NCBI GenBank assembly: GCA_010909165.1
Contig: MU008187.1
Location: forward strand, 128,247 to 192,246
DNA: 64,000 nucleotides
Origin: Anthoceros angustus
Taxonomy: Eukaryota > Plantae > Anthocerotophyta
Reading direction: 5' to 3'
The notes under the pieces are model-generated. The model was given only the letters and a program-made list of their open reading frames with translations, had not been told where the DNA came from and made no database searches. Positions 51,301 to 63,740 of this stretch are shown one piece after another; position 1 is the stretch's first letter, and the number at the start of each line of letters is the position of its first letter. The position numbers were made by a program, and so were the translations under genes.

Positions 51301-53830
51301 ACAGCCTCCTGCCGAGTTCATCGACGTGTTTGCTCGAGGTGATATATGAAGGGATTCCCAAGAAGTGGGGAGCATAGGATCGATTTGGAGCCGTGAGCGA
51401 CTCCCGGCGACCCCAATACAAGCGAACCCCAAAGTACTCAAGGTGAAGGAGCAATTGAATTGTACTTGAAGGCGACGCCATCTATCCAATCGTCAACACG
51501 AGTGGGTGGCTCCAATTGTTGTGGTTCAAGAAGACCGGAAAGATTCGAGGTCAGACCGGAGGAAGCTCAACAAAGCAACCAAGAAGGACCATTTCCGCCA
51601 TTCATCGACAACATCCCGGACTTGGTGGAAGATGTGTACGTTGACGGTACTGGGTACAATCACGCACTTGAGGGAGAGGACTGGCCTCTAACATTTTCAC
51701 ACGGATTGGGGACCTTCGCATACAAGAGGAGTGCTCGGATTGACGAGCACGGTTCCTTCATGCGAGCATGGTTGAGATCTTCAAGGAGTATCTCCACAAG
51801 TTCATGGAGGTATTCCTAGATGATTTTGTGTGTTTGGGAGTGTGGAGGAGCACCGGATCACTTGCGTGCTTGGCGAGGTGTCGTGAAACTCAACTTTGCC
51901 TACATCCCGAGAAATGCTACTTTGGCGGGAGGGATTTTGTTGGGGCATGAATTTCAAAAGACGAGGCATCAAGTTGATCCGCATAAGGTGAAGATGATTG
52001 TTGCCCGAAGCTCCAACAACTCTCAAGGAACTCCGGGGTTCCTTGGCATGGTGGGCTACTAGACGCTTTGTGCCTAACTTTGCTAGGCGGGTCACTGACC
52101 TTGTTGAGGAAGGACCAAGGGGACTGAGAGAGAGGCAGATTTCAAGATTTGAGGACCACGTTGGTTTCAACCCTCAAGGGACCGGGACCGAACAAGAAGT
52201 TCCATGTGTACGTGATGTTTCCGCCGCCATTGGTACTTTTGAGCCGGATGACAAGAAGAGGGACTACCCAATCTACTACGCAGACGGCAACTCACCGATG
52301 CGGAGCGCAAGTACACAACAATCGAAAGGGAAGCCCTTGGGATGGTGTATTCGAAGGAAGTTTCGCATTATCTCCTCTCCTATGAGTTTGTGTTCCATGT
52401 TGACCATTTTGCTCTCAAGCATCTTGTCAACAAGGCGGATCTTCGGTCGCATAGCTCGTTGGATCTTGCAGAGTTCACATTCACGGTGGAGACACGTGAG
52501 GGAAGAAGCATGTGAATGCTACTTGTCCCGCTTGAAGACGGAGAAGGTGGAGCGTGATCAAGAAGATCATTTTCCGGATGAAGCTTTTGCCGGAGGAGGA
52601 AGAGGAGAGTGCTAGGCCCAATGCCAAGTTGATCGAAACGGAGGTACAAAGACCAAATGAGAAGGGAGGAGAAGTTTTTGTGCCTATGAGGAGGTCTTTC
52701 GCTTTTAGCAAGTCGATACCAATGACTCCACAACATGAGAGGTTGTTCTATACTTCCGCACTGCTGTTAAGCGCGAGACAAGTCGCATAGTGGAGTTGAG
52801 AGGTTGTGGGTCAAGGATGGTCAAAAGGACCGGGTTCTCGCCCTTGCATGAGGAGGAGGCCGGAGGTCACCACGCCCAACGTGACTGTAAGAAGATCTTG
52901 AGGTGGTATTGGTGGCCAACCTTGCACATAGATGCTAGGGAGTTCATGCTGCCAGGATGCATGTCAAAGGGTTGAAGCCAACCAGACCACAAAGGGCCAT
53001 TGGTCCCTATCCTAGCCTTGGCGCCTTTGAAAAGTGGGGGACTTCAATGATTCACCCAAGACCAAGGGAGCCAAAATCAATATACGTAGCAACGGACTCT
53101 ACCGCATGGTGGAAGCTCAAGCCCTGCCCGTGGACACAGCGAATGTGGTGGCCAGGTTCTTGTTTGAGTACATCATCACAAGGTACGGGTGCCCGTTGGA
53201 ACTGGTTAGCGACAGGGGTACCCATTTCATCAACGAGGTGATCTCACACATGGTGAAGTACTTCAACATCAGCCACAGGAAGACCACCCCCTACAACCCC
53301 AAGGCGAATGGACTCACAGAGAAAGCTAATGGATTGCTTTGCAGGATCCTCAACAAGTTGACCATCACCTACACCTACGATTGGGACCGAAGCTTCACTC
53401 TGCCAGGGCGCAGGGACAGCGGGAGAAGGTGACCACACAGACCCCTACTACCTCACCTATGGGCACTCACCACCATGCCCATTGAGTTTGAAGTGCCAAC
53501 GTTGAGAGTCCAAGAGCATAAGAGGATGACGGTGGAGGAGAGCCGCTTGGAGAGGCTCATAGGCTTTGTTCAAACATGGAGGACAGGAACAAGCCTTGGC
53601 CCCGTAACGCCCAAGAGAAGAGGAAGGAATGGCATGACCTAAGTCAAAAACAAGAGTACGTTGTTCCGGGACTTGGCGTTGTGATGACACAGTACATGCA
53701 CTTCGAAGTCGCATCTTAGATGGATGGGTCCCTGTGCTGCAAGTGTTCGACAATGGATCCATACAGGCAACTTGATGGACCTCGCTACAACCAGGGTCAA
53801 TGGTTGGCGCGTGAAGAAGTATTAATAAGT
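48390..53830 (+). pseudogene. Gypsy gag-pol (gag with CCHC, protease, RT, RNase H, integrase), frameshifted
   Basis: Zinc knuckle 'CSTCGQP.HTKSNC' (~49308). Protease 'DTGSG..NIMT'. RT 'NKATKKDHF', 'FMEVFLDDF', 'LHPEKCYF'. Integrase 'FEYIITRYGCPLELVSDRGTHF..TTPYNPKANGLTEKAN'. C-terminal 'RWMGP'. Confidence 0.93.
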
Positions 53831-53860
53831 TGGCGACGCCAACAAATGAGAAGGGGAGTA

Positions 53861-56800
53861 TGTGGTGACCACATGGGTACTGCACCCCTGAAAGGAGTGT
53901 TTTTTGTTTTGTGTTTAAGTTGAGAATCGTGTGGAGTTGGAATGTGAAGTAGGTTAGGAAATAAAGAAAAGTCTACTAGAGCCTAGTAGGAGGAAGAGAG
54001 TCTAGTCCCGATCCCGGATGTAACCTGAGGGTTGGCTGCTCGACCGTTGCTAACGCGTTGCTAGGGCTGCTACAGTGGCCTGCTATGACCACAACCGACT
54101 GGAGCTGCTATGGTAGCAACCAAGTTGGAGTTTCTTTCGATGACTTCGGAAAATCCAATCGATGGAATCACAAGGAATACCCAAACGGAAGTAACGGGGT
54201 CCTATTGGCAATTAAGTCCAGCGGAAGAGTAGAATCCAGCGGATCGAAGACGGCGCCGCTACCGGAATTGAGCGCGCGACGGTGGAGGCCGGAGGCCGGA
54301 CGGATGGCGCAGGTGTCGCAGTGAAGTCGCGCAACGAGCGCCAAGAGAGACCAAACCGGGTTGCGTGATTGAGAGGGGCGTGGAGGAAGCGGAGCGCGCA
54401 AATCGGGGCGGGCACCTGCGGCCGAGGCGCAATGAAGGTTGTGGAGAACGCAGCGCGCGCGGGCTGGGCAATGGAGGTGGGCAGCCGGGCGCGGCCGAAA
54501 ATCGCCCATGGGCGAGTGGGGAGTAATCGTGCAACTGGAGAAGGCTAGGCGGGCTCGGTGGCGACCGTGCCGCAGAAGCTAACAAGGTGGCAAGTCGGAT
54601 AGGCTGTGGAACTGCCCGCAGAAAAGAGAAGTGTAACGGGCAGCCGAATCGAGGCACGCACTCGGGAGGTCGCGTGTGGGGCGACAAAGCGCACTAGGGG
54701 TCGCTGCAACTGCGGTTGCAGGATACACCTCCAAGCCTCATACAACCGAGGTGGTGGGCGACATCGGCCCGAGCCGGGCGTGAGGTGTATGCGCCGTGTT
54801 TCACCTGCAGAGGAGCCGGTCAAGTCAACAAAACGGGTGGGCAAGACGGTGTGTAGCCGGACACTTGCCCTGTAAGCTCTAAGCGTGTCATAGGAGGAGC
54901 ATGGCACCTAAGAAGAACCTCCGGCCGCCATTGAGGCCATTACGCCCAATGGCCCAATAAATCGGAGAGTGAAGTGGTCTTGGTGGCTAAGCATCACCGT
55001 CCTTCATGGACAAAAAGTGGTGCTACAATAGCCCCACGTTGGTTTTGGAGTGCAGAGCGCATGAGGGAGAAGGCCATTGGGAAGGCAACGTGAGGACCAA
55101 CCCCGCACCGGAATATTCATTGTTCCGGCCATGAGAGACCAAGAGGAATGTGGATAATCATTGACCCTTTCAGAAACCATCTCCTCAAAAGTCGCAGGAG
55201 GCACAAGCCATTGCTCCCATTGTCTAGAGTGGAGAATGGCTGGGTCACCAACAAGCTAGACCCGAGTGGCCGGATTAGCCAGTGGATCCTGCTCTCACTC
55301 ACTAAGAAGCGGAGCACATTGGACCATTTTGTCTTTCTATGAGGTGGTGAGAGGGTCCAAGATAGATTGGGCCAGGATGTTCTATGACACAGTGTGGAGA
55401 GGGACCACTTGACCCTACCATCACCTAGCCCCTCGCCTATCTCCTTCTTAATCCACGTTTTGACCATGCCAGTCGGAGGGAATGGAGATGGTCTCACCTT
55501 TCATTTCGGAGTGTTTGAAAGAAGGAAGCCCAAAGAGGAGTCGAGGAAGAGGCCATCTCCTGGCACCGGGAGTGAAGATGAGAAGTCCAAGTGTCCATGA
55601 AAAGGAATGTGACTGGCTAAGGTACAGTTGCTAACAAGGCAACTGAGTTGCTAAGGCCCCAACAGTACCAAGAGGAGCCGGGAGCAACGGGACTCCAACC
55701 AACACCTAGAGCCACAAGAGCGCGACGGGAGCTCACCGACAAGCAAGACAAGGGCAAGGCTGTGCACCAATATCTCAGAGCCCTGGGCTGGGGAAACCAC
55801 AGTCAACAGGAGGAATCACCCCAACCTTGGGCACCCGAGATCCGAGAAAGCGACTACTGCTCAAGGGTGGCTCAAGTATACCTAAGTTGTGACAGGGGGC
55901 CACCATGATAGGAAGGAGGAGCCCATTCCCAAGAAGGTTTGGGACCTAACATCACCCCACAGAGTTGGTTTCACTATGGCACGCACTGTGGGCTAGATGG
56001 AAGATCGATATAGCTCGTCCTCCTTGTTAGGTTTAGCGCAGCAAGGGAAGCAACAGGGGAGCAATGGAGGAGCTCCAAGATGAAGAAGGAGAAGGAGGTT
56101 TTGAGGGACGCCTAAGCTGGAAGTGGAAATAGGAAGGTCCGAGAGAGTTGCAATAAGTCTAAGGACCAGAAGCCTCATGGCTCGCCTCTCGACACAAGCA
56201 CCATAGGAGAGCTGCACGTTATTTCGATGCACAAGTGCAGCCGAAACCTCGGATGCCTCACGAGCGCCACAGAAGGAGAGGGACGAGGCTAGGAAAGGTG
56301 GAAGGAGGCCAAGAGGGCTGGATTGCAAGGAGGGCCACCGTGGAAGAGGCGAGCCTATGGAAGAATCTGTCGAGTTAGCAGCCCGAGGAGGTTGCCAAGC
56401 AACCGCCGCTGTTAGGAAGCAACCTGCACTGCTGTTAGGGAAGCAACAGCTCCAAGACCAAAGCCAGCAAGGAAGAAGGGGCATGTAAGATCGGAGGAGG
56501 ACAACAGCTGGGGAGCGGTAAGCACCGCCTAAGAAGTCTAACTTCCCAATGGTGCATTAGATTGAGGGATGCTTATCAAGATAATCATGTGCCCGGATTC
56601 TCCTTGGAGAGAAGATTGTCACCGAAAGTTTATGTTGTTGTGGCAGGGGGGACATGGAGGTACTTGATCCATGCCTTGACGGCACCGGATCCTACCTATG
56701 GGTTGGACTTCACGGAGGAGACTCACCGACCCATCCGTGATTCAAGAGCTCACCGAGGAGGAGTACCAGGCGAGCACAAGAGAGAGGAGAGTCCAGCTCG

Positions 56801-58112
56801 AGGAGGTGGAGATTTTGGGAGAGATTGCCCAACCAGCCAAGAGGGAAGAGCAAGAGGAGAACATGGGCTAGGCGGCTAGGAGGCCTGTGGAGGGATAATA
56901 GGGTAAGTGGCCTCAAATAGATGAAGGCCCATGTGTTATAGATCGATCTTCCCTCATAGTGGATAGAATTAAGAGATAGGCCTCTAGGATTGGTAGGCTA
57001 AGACCGATTGGTATTTTTGGCAAGCTGACTTTGTGGGCTGATCTTGGGTATAAGAGGCACCTCTTGATGAAATGCAAGCAATGTTGGCCTAAAGTCTCGG
57101 TGTTTGGGTGAGCACGGGGTTTGGGGGTAATCCAAAGGTCGAGTCTAGACACGCTTTCTCCGTCTGTGGAGGAGCCGAGACTACTGTTGCCCATCTGTGA
57201 CCAGATCCGCAAGAGTGGTGGAAAGCAAGGGAGGGAACGTGGTCTCCTTGGGGAGTTCCCAAGGATAAGAGGAAGGGTGAAGCCGGGAGGCTCCATTCCT
57301 TACTCATTCTCCCTTGTCTAGTACTCACCTTGTGTTTGAGTTTTGGGTGTCGGAGGTCATGTGGGAAAAGGAGACAAGGCGGGAGCCTGTGGGTGGAAGA
57401 GAAGGTCAAGTGAGACTAACCTGTGGGTTTGTATGCTTGGAAAATGTGAGCAAAAGTGAACTGAGAGGAGTGGGCCGGGACATGGAGAGTTGATTGGCTG
57501 GAGAGAAGTAAGAGGGATTGGAGAAGACTGTAAGTGATGTTTGCTGAGAAAGTGGAGATTGAATGAGGCCGTGAGGTGTGAGAACAAGGAGCGGAAGGGG
57601 TAACTTGTGAGTAGCCTGGGAGGACTGAAGCTTGGGAGGAAAGCTGAAAGGTTGGAGGGAAGAAAGAGAGATCTGGGAAGCGTTGCGAGTAAGGAGGTGG
57701 GTTGTGTGATCGCAACCCGATTGGTGGATCCGACTTTGTGGAAGGATAAGAGAGAGGGTGTCCAATCTTACCACTTGGACCCCAAGTGGGCCCCCACCCT
57801 TCTATTAATAGCTGCCCGAACCCGAGATGGGGCCCCGCCTACTAAAATAGAGGGTGGTTGCTAAGATAGCAACTGGCCTCGTCTGCTAAGGTAGCAACAG
57901 GTCGCGTGGCTAAGATAGCTGTGTCCGAGTGTTGTTAGGATAGTAGCTGGTCTCAGTCTAGATGTTTTGTATGTCCGTGTTTGGTTGGATTGGCTATGTT
58001 TTGGTTGTCTTGACACGAAATCACTCCCTTGGGTACGAATCTCAAGTCTACAACGATAAAGAGGGTAAATGTGGCCTCTTTGTGACCACTTGGTTTAGAA
58101 AATCACTCCACA
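53861..58112 (+). repeat. 3' LTR (~4.25 kb)
   Basis: Preceded by the PPT; same start and end sequences as the 5' LTR. Confidence 0.95.
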
Positions 58113-59808
58113 GTTGCACTCCCCGGGGTCAATCATGCACAGTAATGGTAGAACCCCTTCTTCAATCCTTCCCTTCAAATAACCTGCTAGGTAGTTTGAC
58201 CATGCCTCGTCCACCCTCCTGATTTGGGCATCTCGTGTAATAAAAGATGCTGGCTTCAAATTCTCAAGCTTTACCAAAGATCGCTCCGAACAACTTTCTT
58301 GGCATAGGCAGTCCCCGATTATTGTCAATGGGTCCGATTCCCTGATAGCATCTTCAAGTCTTTCCTCATCCGTCCGCACATGGACAACTATGTTCTCCTC
58401 GTGGGCTTCACTCACCGCTTCCTTCCCGGATTTCTTCTCTTCCCTGTGTGGAGCCTCGCCATGTGAGCGATGTATGCCCTGCTGGCGTGCCCACCATGCC
58501 TTGCCTCCCACTCGAGTCCCCTGCCTCCATACTTCCTGACGGGGACAGGAGGTGCCTCAATAGAACTGCACTCGCCCGCCCACCGCCACCCACCGCTCTT
58601 CCGCAACAATTGCAAGGGCGTCAGACCGGGCGCCGCCGGCGCCCAACCCTTCAGGCCTTGGGAACCCGTAAACCGCTTGGGTCCGTGTAACCAGTCTCCA
58701 AAGACTTTGCGGAGGCCGGCCCTCACCTCCTCCGCGATACATCGGGTACCTCCATGGAGGAGCGGAAAAAGGAATGTCCAAGAACGGAGCATCCTTCCAT
58801 CCTCCGCCTCCCGAAAGTCGCCATCGCCGGAGTGGCTAAGGACGCCGGTATACACCCATCCTCCTCATCGATGGGCCGAGCTCACTAGCCGCACCGGCCG
58901 GTGAGCATCATGCACATTCTCGTCAAGCCGGGCTCACTGTCCAGGACATTTCCTCCTATGCCGGATGACGATTCTAATCTTCCCGCATATGGTCGTAATC
59001 GTGCTCTAGCTTGTCGAGCATCCCGCAAAATGTAAAAGGATTGAGGAAACGCAAGATAGAAGGCACAAGTCATGGAAACCAACATACAACGATTTGCATC
59101 AACTTGAAAACCTTATTCCAAAAGTTTTACTTACAGCTATCGACGATAGCATTTCAAATCCTCCACCAGTTTGAAGGATCGCACTTGCTTTGGAAGCCAT
59201 GTAGGTGACCTCATAAGCCTTGTACATGGTTTCATCTTCGCTTATCCGATCAAATACCAAAGGCTTTGTTGTGCATCCAAACATGTGCTCGTCCATCCAT
59301 ATCCACGATCGCCCATAGAACCCATTTTGCTCTCGGTTTGGCAAGGCCCCTTGAACCCTACGACCCACGTTTCAATAGAGGAGTCCAAAATTGTTCTCCT
59401 CAAGGCTCCTCATCCCGTGTCAACATCCGTCCTTCTCGAGCGTACATGGCCTCCACCTTGCTCCCCAACCGACGATGGCAACGATCCTCATAGTTAAATG
59501 GCGTTGGAATAGGCGCTGCATTGCCTGTGGGGTCTCTTCCTCGGTCTCCTCCTGCACCTTCTCCTTCAGCCGGCCTTCCCGGATGTTAGGCTGCCCGATT
59601 TCCCATGCCCAATTGACAAATTACCTGGCTGGTGCTTGATGGCTGGGTTGTCTGCGCCTCCACCGGAGGTAGGTGCCTTCTCCGACATCCACACCGAAAT
59701 TCCGCCGCATCCTTCTTCTTGCTGGGCCGGGATTTCTTGGTTTTGGGCATCGGTCGATGTCTCGCCTCGGTTCTCCACGTTCCTTCCTACTGCCTCTCCG
59801 CTTGCCAT
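58113..59808 (-). pseudogene. N-terminal part of the ParB-MTase gene (unidentified domains plus first half of the ParB-like domain)
   Basis: ORF 58095-58511 continues in frame into 43663. Upstream minus-strand ORF pieces (58412-58855, 59099-59368, 59566-60012) have a candidate start MASGEAVG at 59808. Continuity through these pieces is inferred. Confidence 0.55.
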
Positions 59809-60499
59809 CCTCAAGAGATTAGATACAATCGCCATAGGAAGCCAGAAATTCAAAGAAGGAACCGCACAACTTGAAGGAAATTTGCACAGAAGGGGAGGGC
59901 CATACCCAAGACTATGTGAATCGCGAAGAGGAAATGGCGGAGGATCGTGCGGAGAGAAGTCGCGTCGGGAGAGCGCCAAAAGTCCTTCGCCGAGAGTTGA
60001 TGCCGGCGCCACCGTCTGTCTGGCCGGAAGAACTTGCTCGATCTCTCGGGGTTACTCTCCACTGAATCGAAAGTATGACGCCTGCTCGGTCACGCCATAC
60101 ACATGTGCGGCAACCCTAACCATAAATGTCAATTAAGGTAATGCTTACATGGAAAACCATTTATAGGACCCTAAGTCAAAAGCCGTATATGTGAACCCCA
60201 ATGCCGAGAAAACAATGAAGAGGCGGTGTACCCGCCAAGTTCTACGGTGAAGATCTTTCGGTTTATTTTGCTCATAATGGCATTTCCACCTTACCTTCAC
60301 CCACGCCGCCTATGTCATGGCATACCACGCCTGTGAAGAGTGAGGACCATATTTCGAGGTTAGAGGTGCGGAGTCCTCGGCGACAATGTTGCGCGCCACC
60401 CACACATCGCTTGTCGAAGAGGTCGAGTTTTCGTCCACAAAGTTCATTCCTCACTTCGCTTTGTGCGATCAAGGGGAACATGTACTTGAGAACAAGTGT

Positions 60500-63400
60500 T
60501 GGGTTTGCATCGCCTCTCCGCTCTGCCATGTAATGACGACATTGATGTTGTCGCAGAGAAAAGTGAGTGGAAGAGGGGTCTTTGATTTCGGATGGTAGGT
60601 GACTCTCTTGTGAGGAGCCAAGGATGGTCATCTGCCCGGGCCCTTCCCGATCATGAGCAACAAAACGAGTCCGAACTCCGAAGGTTAGTTTGCCTTCAAC
60701 AAGAAACAATTTTGTTTGCGACAATGTTGTGGCCGAATAGTCCACCCCATCCGTGGCGGATTCCATCTCATGCACACCGCACGTGGTATTGCGTAATGCT
60801 CGCCGCCATCGACAAGCGCCCTCTCCGGCATTCCGCGTGCCCATGACCCCGTGAACTTGAACTTATACGCCATTGATGGGAATCACGCATCCGAAGACAC
60901 GGAAGGAAGGGAGATGGGGTGCGTAATCCCGTGGGTTTGTTCCGCCAAGGAGCGATGCGAGGATGACCGCAGGATCGAGTTCTTCCACAAGCAAATGATC
61001 CGTGGATCGAGGATGGGGATGATGACTTTGTTCACCCTCCTCCGCTGGTGCATCCGGAACATTCCATCCCAAGCCTTTAAGTGAGACATTGATGACAACA
61101 AAGTCATGGACAAGCGCAGCGACGGCAGGGTGTCTTTGCAAAAATGTGAAGGAGAAGGTGACGCAGACTTTCTTAAACCGTGTTGCAACCAAATGTGCAT
61201 GCAGAGGTTGACCAAGCAAGGCCTTGAGCAACGATATAGGTTCCTCACAATGTGCAAGAGCAAGAGACATTTCTTCAAAGCCTCATATCGGGACCCGAGT
61301 CAAACTAACAAAGAAAGAGTTTTTACGCATGTTATGGGATCGGTTCCTCTGCGCTGTTGCGTGAAGGCCTTCAGAAGAGTATATTGTATGGGGCACAACA
61401 GATACGAGGAACTGAAAGGGAGGGTCATGAGGAATGCCCCGTGGGATAGTGTTCGAACCAACCCAATTCATAAGTCCGTCATGCACTTGGTGCTCTAGCG
61501 TGGATGGATAATGCTTTTCTGTTCATGGCTGAAAGACTTCCAACGCGTGTGTATACCGACACCTATACAAAGCTGGAGATATGGTCATTGTACAAACGGC
61601 GTGTCAAAGCTCGTCCAGCTTTGACGACGCTGGTTTTTGAAGTTATGGAAATCTAACTTCACCGAGTGAAGATTCCCAAATCCAACAGTTCTCGACCGCT
61701 CAATATGTCTTAAAAGACCACCATTCGAATACAACTCGGAAGGTTGATCAAGGTAGATATCACTCTACCACTAGTACAACCCATCGGTGGGAGGAGTTTT
61801 TCGTGTTCATCCCATAGTTCGAATGAGCACCGGTATGCGGATGGTTCGAAAACTCGAGTGTGGGTGGGCGGCCGCCGCGCCCACCCTCGGATGATCGACC
61901 GCTGGATCAAGTTGCTCGAGTACCATGTTTGAAACTCGCAGTCCTTGTTCATGGATGGCCCCGGGTTGTAGGTTTGATTGGTCGAGTTTAGGGCCCGGGC
62001 GCCGCCGGCGCCTGGCCCCATCCACCTTCAAAACTCGCCAACCATAATATATGACCTAGAAGGTGGACGTTTGTAGATTTTAGATTGGGGAAGATGGTAA
62101 ATGTATGTGTGAAGAGGTGATAGTCCACGACATCGGTTTGTTGTATGCAATGGGTTTCATGGATTCTCCTTCGCTGGTGTGGAAGAAGCGTGTTTGTATG
62201 TGTGAAATTGGGAACGTGAAAACTTGGAAGGATGTGACACTTGGAACGTGTTTGGTTGTGGGCGTAAAAAAATCAGTCGCGTTAGAGGCACACCGCGGCA
62301 TGCAGAGGAGCGGGAAAAATGGCAAACACCGTGAAAAGAGTTACAGGAACCGGATAAGTACATGCTCCTCGCTATAGACTAATGGACCAAGAAGACGAGA
62401 TTCCACACTTCGTTGGCCAAAGAATCTTGATGAGGAGCCGTATCTGTGGTAATGGTGGGTTGCATGATCCACAATTATACGACGCAGAAGAGTGTTTTTG
62501 CACTATGCCAATTTGAGGAACGATGCGAATCGACAATCGTGATTATTCAAGATGTTATTCTTAATTATAAAGGAGTGCTACCCAAAGTGCTCTATTTGCA
62601 GCTTGACAACACTTGCCGGAAAACAAGAACCAGTTGTTGATTTGAACATGCTAGTTGATATGGGAACTTTTCAAGGTGAAGGTTGGGTTCCTCCTTGTTG
62701 GGCACACTCACGACCAAATCGACCAAATGTTCTCTTGCTTTTCCAAAAGCTTGAAGCACAAGGAGGCACACACTCTTCCGCGTTGGCCGACCTTGGTTCA
62801 TGCATACACGCCTACACCGGAGATCAAAGTTTTGCAGGAGGTCCGGACTTCCATCATATGTATGGCCGATTAGACAAGGCGATGGTCGCCAGCATATTCA
62901 TCGGCGTGAGAAAATTGAACAACTTATCTTTCCAGACCGCTTTAAAATCACCAGAAGACAAACCGCACTGTGCGATGAATTAGGAGCAAGCAATATTCGA
63001 CATCGATGTATTGGGAAACCGCCGGGTTGGAGTTTTTGAAATTTGTCCCTCCAACGACATAACGCAGACGCCGCCGGTCCGGCTCGAGACAAGAAAGGGA
63101 CGCCGGTTATCTCGACAAGGAGTGGCACATTTGAGAGCGGTCCGCTGAGCCGCCATATGTGACCGGGAAATATGGATGGTGGGAAGCATTGGTGGACCAA
63201 GAAGAAATCGCAATAATCGTGGAGAACAACATTGGGCTCGCACTAGAAGTGCCGTGGAAATGGTTCTCGCGAATCGGAAGAAACAACAACCACTCCAAGT
63301 TCCCGATGAAGCTATCCTAGAGGACGTTGCTAAGAGAACTCCCCAACGGATATGTACTTACCGGCTTGGGAAGGCAGCAGAGGAAATGGCACGCTTGCAT

Positions 63401-63740
63401 GGAGATGTAAAAGACATAAAGGAAGGGATGTTCATCGCAGATTTGTACCGATACGCATAATCGGCCTCGGATTGGGAAAGTTAATCGTGAGGTTGGATGT
63501 GGAAGAGCCTCATTTCCGGTTCACTGCAGATCGAGCACGATGCATATGAAGGCGATACGTGGAAGAATATGTGATTCACTTCCACCGAGACAAATTGGGA
63601 TTGGAAGGAAAAAGGGTGGGAAGGCAAATTTCAAGAATGTTCAAGAAGTCTTCATCAATAAAACCGTCATCTTGTATTATGGGTTCGGTTTGAATTCCGT
63701 AAACATCTCTATTCCATTGACAAAAAGCGATCGTGGATAA
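60500..63740 (+). pseudogene. Sola-type / DUF7869-like DDD transposase, frameshifted and interrupted
   Basis: N-terminal 'PCCNQMC...CCVKAFRRVY', then 'KLWKSNF..KIPKSN', 'DKYMLLAID.MDQ', 'LPKVLYLQLDNTCR.NKN', 'FKVKVGFLLVGHTHDQIDQMFS'. The start position is approximate. Confidence 0.82.
61716..62264. other. ~550-bp insertion (or intron) inside the transposase between the 'ICLK' and 'LEAHRGMQR' segments
   Basis: Transposase-like peptide stops at ~61715 and resumes at ~62265. The segment between has a GC-rich core and no transposase similarity. Boundaries are approximate. Confidence 0.45.

Larger units (their letters stand above)
43664..58112 (+). mobile_element. Full-length Ty3/gypsy (Athila-like, non-chromovirus) LTR retrotransposon, 14.4 kb
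   Basis: Direct LTRs TG...CA at 43664-48026 and 53861-58112. PBS TGGCGCCTGCTGCCGGGA at ~48028 and PPT GAGAAGGGGAG before 53861. Imperfect 5-bp TSD ATCGC / GTTGC. Confidence 0.95.
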
